From NCBI GenBank assembly GCA_003344405.1, contig NOWV01000029.1:434001-498000 (forward strand): DNA of 64,000 nucleotides. Reading direction: 5' to 3'. Shown here piece after piece: positions 54,301-64,000 of the stretch. The stretch's first letter is position 1. Every line of letters starts with the position of its first letter. A model generated the notes under the pieces. The model made no database searches. It had not been told where the DNA came from and worked only from the letters and a program-made list of their open reading frames with translations. Source of the stretch: Trichoplax sp. H2 (lineage: Eukaryota). A program made the translations under genes and the position numbers.

Positions 54301-54733
54301 TATGTCTGCTATTTTAACTCATATATTGAATTATATTTCCATGGGCAATAAAGATACATTCGACCCGGTGAAATCTGTGTTTCTATACATGGTTCACCAG
54401 TTTCGCATTTTAGCGAAGAAACACCTGTTTCGAAGCGGCAAGTCATGGACAATAAGGCAAGTTTAACAAATAATTTTACTATTGCTAAGATTACGGGATT
54501 CCTAAATACTTAGCATTGGTATTTCAGATTTTGCAAATGCTAGCTTCCAGACATGTTCCTGAAAAACTCGACGAAGAAACGATTCAAGAATTGAACCGTT
54601 GGAAGGTTATTAACGCTGACATTATCATTTAATCTACTAAAGTTGAAATAAAATAATTAACTGAACTTTGTATTATTCTTGATGTTTCCTTTAGGAAAGA
54701 ATGGATCACATCCTGATACAAACTAAGAATTAA
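51390..54733 (+). CDS. CDCA8: Borealin/CDCA8 (chromosomal passenger complex), many small exons
   Basis: N-terminal helix KISDAFKQDFRAE|AEHRVREMR...FDQLLSQIPK|RIRLMTLKE (Borealin N domain), TP-rich middle region, and RYIRPGEICVSIHGSPV (S-x-[NH]-GSP Borealin C-terminal motif). Exon phases reconstructed through TAA at 54731-54733. Confidence 0.8.
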
Positions 54734-55453
54734 TCTTTCGACGGCATCAAGAGCTTTGCCGTCCATGTTAATATTGTTACAATTATGCTACAATTAATTA
54801 TTTACCTACTACTACTGATTGGATTATCATGGTTCAATTTACTGAATGTATGAACATTTTCTATGTCAGCTTTACTGTATTACTGTATTAATTTTATTGA
54901 ATCTCTAGTATTTAGATCTAGTCGTAAATCAATCGATATTGTAAATCAGTTAATCAAATTGCCCGTATTTGTATTTAAGATATAAATCTCGTTTATTTGT
55001 TACCTTTCTCATCTATTTTGAGAGTATCTGTACAAAATTCATATACAGTAAAGTTACATTAATAAATAATCTATATATTTGGCTGACAAACATTACGACA
55101 TTATAAAATGTGGCTTTAAGGTTTTATCATATTAATTCTTTCAGAAGCATTACATGAACAAATCCTTTTTAGCTACAAGGTTCATATTCAAATATACTGT
55201 AGACGGACACGTGTAACATAATTATAATACCTGCAATCTTGGACCTGTATAAAAATATTATTGACAGTACTTTTTACCCAATGATAATTTAAAAATATGC
55301 TAGTGCACATTAAAAGGTGATTAAATTCGCTACAAATTCACCGGTTCGAAGTCCGGCCCTAGCCTGATCAAGTCTCTTCCAAACACAAGGAAGCCGAGGA
55401 TAAAAACATTATATTGCAATATTCATGTAAAGCATTTAATTAAAATGACAGTA

Positions 55454-58400
55454 TTACGCGTTAGATTCATCAGCTTTACGTTTTCTCCTTGATAAATCCT
55501 AAAAAAAACCAAAGATAATTAATTACTAAACCAAATTCCTATGAACTATGATTAGCGATAATTTATCAAACTTACGGTTCCATATTCATAGTAATGGGGT
55601 GCCAGTTCGTATAGCCATGAAGGCTCAATCTAAATGAAAGAGCAAAAATAAAGACCTTTAACATTTCATGATTGTAAAATTATACCTAGACATCACTTAC
55701 GACTGTAATGTCTCTCATATAATCCTTCTTTGTTTGGAGAACTTCATGGAATATTACCCTTTATAATAAGAAATAAATACTATAGTTTTATGCCTATAAT
55801 TAATCAAGTGAGATTAAATAACGTGCTGTATACAATAGCGTATCTATGCCTATTTGCTACTTGCTAATTTCATTTTAAATTGCACAGTACATGCATAGTA
55901 TTACGATAGCGTTGTAATACTATACCATTTTGGAGGTTCCTCAGTGTAGAGTACAGAATTTGGATGGATATGTAAGACATGATTATCCCGAATTGTTCTA
56001 AAGAGTTAGTTAATAAAGAGGAATAAATTACAGGATAATTAATTACCTCGAATAACCTACAATACGAGCGCATAAGGGATATTTAAAATGTCATTACTGG
56101 CGTGTACGACACAGTGAACACACCATGCCGTAATAGATTGCTATAACTAAAGTAAGTCTCTGAAGAGACTGTAGCCATCATAATACCTATAACAACCATC
56201 ACCACAGTATTTTGCTGCGTTAGCAAAGAATCCTGTAACAAGGCATTTACATACCGCCTCAGGATCATCTACACAAGAATATGACAACAGTAACAGTTAA
56301 TAGATATTATACACATTCATATCTGAATCGATAAACCTACGATAAACCGCAGCTTAAATTATTAATTTGAAATACATAATAGATTCTATATCTGATACAT
56401 TTTAACACTATTTTATTTTATTTTTATAAACATATTACTGAACTACATATGGGATCTATTATAATTATTGACAACTATATTTTTTACTAGCACTTTCACT
56501 TTAATCGTTAGCAAGGCACAATCTGCAATCAATCATTCATACCGTCACATGATATTAATGGCAATTTAAATTTCTTCATAAAAACTTTTAATCGTTCCCT
56601 TATGGCAACCGCTTTAGTTAGAGCTAGCAATTAAAGAATTACTGTTCAGAAATAAGTATATCATTCATTTAAAACATAAATAATCTATAAACTATTACTG
56701 TACGTCCCAGATCAATGTACATTGGTAAAATTAAATAATTCCAAAACACTTACCTTTATAATTTAGGTAATTTTCTTGACACCACTTTGAACTTTTTCGA
56801 CACTAATTAAAATGAATTTCGAATTCAATACGAAATCTATTCGCTGCATAATAGAAAAGTGCTTGTGTTTGAATGTAAACTAGTTATCATCACCCTCATA
56901 AACGCTTTATAGACATTTAATAGTGTTAAATGATCTCCCTCATACACAGCAAATTTTCTACGAGCATTATCCTTCAAAAAAAATACGATGCGACGTTCGT
57001 AAGTAATAAAAATATTATATCACTAAAGCTAATAATAACATGAGGTATAAGACGACATACAGAGGCTGCTTTTCTCTTTGGCGGTGTATAAAATATATTC
57101 TGTACTTGCAACATTGCTGTGATTGTAAGAATTTCTTCGGAACATTCCAACTTGCCTTTATGAACGTCAATAATAACATATTATTAATAAATAGTGGGAT
57201 AAAAATTTTACCTTGATATGAAATTAGTTTCACTCACTCGATGACAATAGCATTTTCCCGAGCATAGGATCAACAGGTAACTCAGCCATTTTATTTCCGC
57301 ATCCTAATGTTAGCCTACCGTAATCGTCTAATGCTGCCAATAATATCATGGAAATAAGATGAATACTTTGGTAATAAACTCTATCAAATTGTTGATTTAA
57401 TAGATTTAAGCTAACCTTCAAGAGCATACAGTAATTCTAATGATCGGATCATATTCTTAGCCGGTGGCGGTGACAAAAAATCGAAACGCAGTACATTATC
57501 AATACCTAAAGCTTTCAACTGAATAACTACCGCGCTTAAATTAACTCTTTGCATTTCAGGAACAGTAGCAGATGATAATAACTTTTCGTAATCTTTTTCC
57601 GTCAATAGCCTATACGCTTTGCCAGAACGAACACGACCAGCACGCCCAGCGCGTTGCTTAGCTGAAGCCTTTGAGATTGGTACTATAACTAGTGACTCCA
57701 TTCCAGCATTAGGAAGAACCATTTTTAATTTAACAAATCCACAATCCACTACATAAACAACTCCATCAATCGTTATGGATGCTTCGGCAATGTTCGTTGC
57801 ATAAATAACCTATAGCGACGACAGTTCAACGATCGTCCAAATTTCAATACAATGTTTAAATGGATTAACACCTATTTATAGCAATCTGCAGAGTTATTAA
57901 GAGCCTTTCTACTGAACTCGTAATTTGCACTACTTACTTTTCGCATATTTTCAGGAGTTTTTTTGAACACTTTAAGCTGCTCGCCTGGAGGTAATCCACC
58001 ATACATAGGCAATGGCATTAACTTTTGTTGCAATTGATGATTGTAATCATTAGTCATATTGACTGCAGTTTCAACTTCTTCCTGACCGGTAAGAAATACT
58101 AAAATATCACCGCGTTTTTCATTTTGGTGAATTTTAAAGACGGTGTCCACAGCTGCTTTGATGTAATCTGGTACTGGATCAGCGGTGTAATGAATATCGA
58201 CAGGAAACATGCGGCCTTCAATTGATAAAATGCTAGCAGTATCAAGACTAGTATCATCAGTAGTATTGGAATTAAAGAAATCACGAAATGCTTCAGCATC
58301 CAATGTAGCCGATGATATAATAATTTTTAGTTCAGGTCGTTTCTTTTGTATCTTTTTCAATAATCCAATAACAACATCAGTATTGATTGTTCTCTCATGA

Positions 58401-59571
58401 GCTTCATCAAGCATAACCACACTATATCTTCGTAGTAACGGATCAGCCATCATTTCACGTATTAATAATCCATCTGTTACAAACTGAAATTTCAATAAGG
58501 ATAATATTAAGATTGATTTGTACTTATTGAAATGATATTCAAGTCGGTAGGCTAACCTTAATACGTGTTAATGTTTTATCAGTACAGTCTTCAAATCGGA
58601 TAGCATAACCAACTTCTCGACCCAGGTATACACCTTGTTCTTCTGCTACTCGTGTTGCTACAGTAACAGTAGCGATACGTCGTGGTTGGGTAACACAGAT
58701 AACTCGACCCCCTTTGGACCAGCCACTTTCATGAAGATATTGTGGGATCTGAGTTGATTTACCACAGCCAGTTTCACCCACAACAACCAAAGTTGAATAT
58801 TTTTCAAGCATATATAAAATATGATTTCGATACTATATGCAAGCAGGATAGATTTTATAAGTGAATGAAGATCTCTCGTTAGTAAATACATGCGCGTACA
58901 TGCACTATACTGTTAGGAATTCCTTTCTAGCAGTACTGCAGTCAGATAATAATTTTACGTACCATTATGAGTCTGTAACAAACCGCCCCTGTCTGACATG
59001 GACGGCATACATTTACTGAATAGTCTAGATGTTATCAATCCTTTTCCGATTCTATCATGTATTTTCTACTGTAGTTATCGAAAATAAGCATAGTCTCATC
59101 CGTTTATTCAATTCTTATATACTGTAAGTATATATCATTCTTTTCTTCAAGATCTATTCGTTAATTGAGCTATTACTCCTATAGAAGTATACGTTTACAG
59201 TATGTGCAGTACTAGCCTTGATAGAAACATTTCTAACCCAGTTTATAAACCTTATCCATATGATAAGTAACATAAAAACAGATATCAACTTTAAATAACT
59301 CATTTCCAACCTGAAATACAGGTAATCTTTGCCTTTGCTGTGTTAATGGCAGCGTCATAAACCTGTTGTAATGGATGCATTCTCCAGCGCCTTGGCTCAC
59401 TTCACGACGCTCAATTTCATCACTCTCATTGGCGCCTGCATAAACAGTAATATATCATGCATACATCAGGCTACAAATTGCACCAATTATTATCGTTAGA
59501 AATGCTCTACAGTTAATCCATTAAGGGATACCTGGCCTTAAAAACTTCGGTTTAAAAGTGAAGTCCGACAT
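55454..59571 (-). CDS. DHX35: DEAH-box RNA helicase DHX35
   Basis: [14 protein letters not shown]...[46 protein letters not shown]-term [26 protein letters not shown]. The N-terminal KFxRPG points to DHX35. Confidence 0.93.
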
Positions 59572-59623
59572 TTTTCCTTTGCAAGGACGATCGGTCACTA
59601 ACAGTAAGCAGCTAGCCGTAGCT

Positions 59624-59742
59624 GTATCGTAACGTATTACGATACTGTACTGTACTGTACTGTACTGTACTGTAGGTCATGCGCAGCTAGCGTATGAGAT
59701 ACTGTACAGTGTACAGTAGGTACGGGACCGGACCGGACCGAA
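59624..59742. promoter_or_regulatory. Compact DHX35/PM20D2 bidirectional promoter (225 bp between ATGs) with (TACTG)6, a palindrome and (GGACC)3
   Basis: GTATCGTAA-cgta-TTACGATAC at 59624-59645, (tactg)n at about 59643-59672, ggaccggaccggacc at about 59725-59739. Confidence 0.6.
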
Positions 59743-59796
59743 CTCGAGCCTTATCTCAAGTCCGGTTAATAGGAAAAGGAGTAGTAGAAGGTAATC

Positions 59797-61002
59797 ATGG
59801 CTTCGCCTCAAGAGCTGAAAGCGATTGCCGTTCAAAGTATCGATAAAGAGGAATCGAATTTATTAATGATCAACAGAGAAATCCTAAATAATCCTGAATT
59901 AAAATATGAGGAATTTAAAGCTCATCAACTCTTAACTGATTTCTTTGAAAAGGCTGGCTTCCATGTCGATCGTAGTTATACTTTACCGACTGCATTTCGT
60001 GCTGTTTACTCTCCAAATGATCAAGGACCTAAAGCTTGCGTTATTTGTGAATATGATGCGTTGCCTGGTATCGGCCATGCATGTGGCCATAATTTAATTG
60101 CAGAGGCAGGAGTAGCTGCTGCTCTTGGCATTAAAGCAGCCATGGAAGCAAGCGATATCAATTTAGGCCAATTAATTGTCTATGGAACACCAGCAGAAGA
60201 AGGCGGTGGTGGAAAAATCAAAATGATCCACAGTGGCTGCTTTAAGGACATCGATTTTGCAATGATGGTTCATCCATTTCCATTTGATGCTACTTATGGC
60301 AACTTAATTTGTCTACAACGTGTAACGGCTACTTATCATGGTAAAAGTTCACATGCAGCTGCTTTTCCATGGGAAGGCGTTAATGCGTTAGATGCAGCTG
60401 TCCATGCATATACTGCTCTTTCCTTGATGCGCCAGCAGATGAAATCGGGCTGGAAGATTCATGGCATTATTGCTGAAGGTGGTACCATGCCTAATATTAT
60501 ACCTGCAACATCCAAACTAGATTATTTTATTAGAGCGCCTTTAATGCGTGATATGCAAGAATTACAAGATAAATGTGAAGCTTGCTTTCGTGGTGCTGCT
60601 GAAGCAACTGGATGTACAGTTGATATTGCTTTTGAAAGAATTGAAGGTGATTATTTTCAAGATGTGATCACCAATCCTATTATGGCTGATTTATATGAGA
60701 AAAATGTAGCTACCCTCGGTCTTGTAATGCCCAGTAGGGCAGAACAGTTAACTTTTCCCTCGGGCTCTACTGATATGGGGAACGTCTCTCACATTCTACC
60801 TACTATTCATCCTTTTTATGCAATTGATACTGAGGCTGCTAACCATACACCCGAATTTACCAAAGCATCCTCTACCATGCAAGCGCATCAACAAACCATT
60901 ATTGCTGCTAAAACCATGGCAATGACTACCATTGATATCCTAACAGATTATAACTTGTTGGAAAGTATTAAATTGCAATTCAATGCCCAAAAATCGCTAT
61001 AG
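59797..61002 (+). CDS. PM20D2: Peptidase M20 domain-containing protein 2 (PM20D2/ACY1L2-like amidohydrolase), single exon, 401 aa
   Basis: NPELKYEE, EYDALPGIGHACGHNLI, GTPAEEGGGGK, MMVHP, HAAAFPWEGVNALDAA, GSTDMGNVS and NHT motifs all intact in an uninterrupted ORF. Confidence 0.95.
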   Translation: MASPQELKAIAVQSIDKEESNLLMINREILNNPELKYEEFKAHQLLTDFFEKAGFHVDRSYTLPTAFRAVYSPNDQGPKACVICEYDALPGIGHACGHNLIAEAGVAAALGIKAAMEASDINLGQLIVYGTPAEEGGGGKIKMIHSGCFKDIDFAMMVHPFPFDATYGNLICLQRVTATYHGKSSHAAAFPWEGVNALDAAVHAYTALSLMRQQMKSGWKIHGIIAEGGTMPNIIPATSKLDYFIRAPLMRDMQELQDKCEACFRGAAEATGCTVDIAFERIEGDYFQDVITNPIMADLYEKNVATLGLVMPSRAEQLTFPSGSTDMGNVSHILPTIHPFYAIDTEAANHTPEFTKASSTMQAHQQTIIAAKTMAMTTIDILTDYNLLESIKLQFNAQKSL

Positions 61003-62087
61003 ACTTGCAAGGATTGCATATCCAATTCTGTAGTGCAAGACTTACCTTCTTAAAATAGGGACATCTAATGTAAAAGAAAATTTCCCTGGTTGAAACTACT
61101 GATTTGTACAGTTAACCTATATATACATGATAATTACATTAGGTAAACATTACAGGTAGTCTTGTATTGATATACAGCTATGGCTCCTTACTAGCTTTAG
61201 TACTCACCTAACTTTACAGTTGATAGTTACCTTTTACATTCAAAAATAACTATTGGAACTATTATCAGAGATGAAAAAAAAAAATTGACTATTTTACGAT
61301 ACTATGCAATATAAAGTGGACGTATGTTGTCTTTATTTGCATCCAGTTTATAACAGATTTTTGTAATGACTGTTAGTTGGATCAGATCTTGCCTGCAATA
61401 ATTCATTCTAATTTAATTCTATACTGCACATTTCTGTATACATACAACTATTAACTCTCCAATGACAGTACACACCAATGCCTTACAATATTGGCGTTGT
61501 CATGTTATGTATTGTTCTAACTAGTGGCATTGAACGCATTTCTCTTACCTGATTTAATGGCTAAAATAATTTATTCTCTACATTCAATGTCAACACATTC
61601 ATACGTTAACAACAGCGAAAGTATAGAAATTAGAATTTTATATACGTAATAAATATCTTGTATGCCAGCAGCTATAAGTTGCAATACGCAAATGTTCAAA
61701 TTGTTAATAATGCATTGTAATAATAAAGGAAATTTTTGGACAAGAGAACAGAGTACTTTAAATACAATAATTGATCAATTCTATTTAACTTTGAAATTTA
61801 TTTAATAATCGCCGTAAAACTTTCAATATGGCAGATTGTGCTTTGGGTGTAGCCACTCGATTTCCCCGAATTATCCATTGCTGGGCTTACTTATTTGGCT
61901 AGTTATGTAATGAAAATGATTGAAATAGCACGCAAAGTGTAAAGCGAGCGAGGGGTCGACTAGTCGACGTCCTATACTAAGATTGTACTGATTAGGGCTT
62001 TAAGGATTACTAATTAATCGGAGTTATTATATCATAAATGCCCTCTTGCTGTTTTAAAGGAAGGGTGATATGAACCGTGGACGATAC

Positions 62088-62154
62088 AAAGTCTGGATAT
62101 CGATGGTGTTAATGGTATCGGCTATACATTTAATACCATCGATATCCTGACTTT
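62088..62154. other. 67-nt near-perfect inverted repeat (hairpin)
   Basis: aaagtctggatatcgatggtgttaatggtat-cggct-atacatttaataccatcgatatcctgacttt; ~31-nt arms, mostly paired. Confidence 0.85.
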
Positions 62155-62846
62155 TTCATGCAGCTGAGAGTGTTAGGTATAGCAGAAACTCAATAATAAT
62201 GAAGCAAGAGGAAATAGTACAGTACTCACTCATCTTTTCAGTGAGCTGTCCCAGAAACTTCTAAACAAATTTCGGGGGCAGCAATCGCTGTTAATCCGAA
62301 GATAACCAGATAGACAAGACATGAGCTATTTGCTAAACATAGTACAGTACAGCGGTAGTGATATACTGTACGTTATGCATAATGGTGATTTTGCTGGACG
62401 CCCTTGTATCTCGCACACTTATCAATTCTACCAACTTTATGTTGTAGGAGCACCGACCATTTTTCATTTCCACTTGTTAATTCTACGTTATAACAGTGGA
62501 CAGACAATGCTACGTAGACTAATTAATCCGCTATTCTACTGTTTAATCTTATAACTATTAGACGTTATCATTGTGAAGGTGCGTATCTAAAAGTCGTCAT
62601 TTTTCAATCAATTACTAAGGTGAGAATCAGGTAGTACAGTAAGTTGGACACAGATTTTGAATGCTAGTGCGATTTCCTTTCTCCTATCATACCCTTAACT
62701 ATTCTACTATTCTACCGTACAATCTTAGTAAGCAATCTTACAGTATACTATACAGTACTGTATTACGGAAGACATCGGAGACCTGCACACGAGTAGATAT
62801 TATCACTGTGAATCTTGCATGTACTGTATAAAAGCTGCTTGCCATT

Positions 62847-63791
62847 TTTCAATGAACGAGAATGGGGATTTAGTAGTTAGCTTGAAACAAACTTTAACTA
62901 CTGTACTTGCACGATTTCTCTCATGTCATGGCATGTGTAGATAGTGCTACATAGATTAATTGATTATTCTACTGTACAATCTTCTAGCGATAGCGTGGTT
63001 ATCTTTCAATGAATGAGAATGAGGGCTTAGTAGTTAGTTAGCTTGAAACAAACTTTAACTACTGTGCTTGCACGATTTTTCTCATGCCATGGCATGAGTA
63101 GACAGTGCTACGTAGATTAATTGATTATTCTACTGTACAATCTTCTAACTATAGCGTAGTTATCTTTCAATGAATGAGAATGAGGGTTCAGTAGTTAGTT
63201 AGCTTGCAACAAACTTTAACTACTGTGCTTGCACGATTTCTCTCATGCCACGGCATGAGTAGATAGTGCTACGTAGATTAATTGATTATTCTACTGTACA
63301 ATCTTCTAACGATAGCGTGGTTATCTTTCAATGAATGAGAATGAGGGTTCAGTAGTTAGTTAGCTTGCAACAAACTTTAATTACTGTGCTTGCACGATTT
63401 CTCTCATGCCATGGCATGAGTAGATAGTGCTACGTAGATTAATTGATTATTCTACTGTACAATCTTCTAACGATAGCGTGGTGGTTATCTTTCAATAAAT
63501 GAGAATGGAGGTTGAGCAGTGAGCTGGATACAAACTTGAACTATTTGCACGATTTCTCTCATGTTGATGGCATGAGTAGATAGTGCTACGTAGATTAATT
63601 GGTTATTCTACTGTACAATCTTCTAACGATAGCGCCGTCATCTTTCAATAAATGAGAATGGAGGTTGAGCAGTGAGCTGGATACAAACTTGAACTATTTG
63701 CACGATTTCTCTCATATTGATGGCATGAGTAGATAGTGCTATGTAGATTAACTCATGATTCTACTGTATGGTACAATCTTCTAACCATAGC
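62847..63791. repeat. Tandem satellite, 6 copies of ~153-164 bp, two subtypes
   Basis: tttcaat(g/a)aa..gagaat recurs at 62847, 63004, 63165, 63326, 63490 and 63643. Confidence 0.95.
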
Positions 63792-64000
63792 TAATGGCCT
63801 CCAAGGAGCAAAGCTGCTTCTCCATGACACTATGCTAGTTAAGTAGTTAAGTAGTTATAGACCATAGTATAACTAGAAGTGGATGACAGCAGAGAGACTT
63901 CTGTACAGTACGGTACATTCACCATAGCGAGTGACATGTTTGGAGCCAGGGTGTACAGTACTGTACTGTACAGTGTAGCGTACTGTATTGTCAGCGTCAG

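Noticed and set aside
55299..55363. tRNA-like fragment (GCTAG...CCGGTTCGAAGTCCGG...CTAGC)
   Set aside because: T-loop is 8 nt, and no credible D or anticodon arm or A-box; at most a degenerate relic (tRNAscan-SE would settle it)
59436..59530. DHX35 intron 1 donor GTATCCCTT looks U12-like
   Set aside because: No TCCTTRAC-type branch site near the 3' end and a CAG|GT context; most likely an ordinary U2 intron
62030..62160. H/ACA snoRNA (two hairpins with an ANANNA-like hinge)
   Set aside because: Second stem has no pseudouridylation pocket and no 3' ACA box

Overview
Eukaryotic, AT-rich, intron-dense animal genomic DNA. Gene content, compact introns and pervasive TACAG/TACTG motifs suggest a placozoan such as Trichoplax (inference, not verified). 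Twelve protein-coding genes were reconstructed by hand from splice sites and recalled homology: RANBP9/10 exon 1 (-), LRMDA/C10orf11 (-), H2A.Z (+), TRAPPC8 (-), SNX20/21-like (+), INTS8 (-), KDELC/POGLUT2-3 (+), TOX4-like (+), PRMT7 (-), Borealin/CDCA8 (+), DHX35 (-) and an intronless PM20D2 (+), mostly in divergent pairs. Also present: a ~1.5 kb duplication bracketing a 20-N gap (probably two unmerged haplotypes), two tandem-repeat arrays and several palindromes. Best leads: an AT-AC minor intron in LRMDA and a probable GT-AG U12 intron in TRAPPC8; GTAC-core arrays concentrated upstream of gene starts; a mitochondrial-presequence-like 64-aa extension on PRMT7; a CCAAT/CHR/MYB module upstream of Borealin; and a 67-nt near-perfect hairpin. 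No prokaryotic, CRISPR or transposase system was seen. Most short ORFs in the supplied track are exon fragments or spurious.
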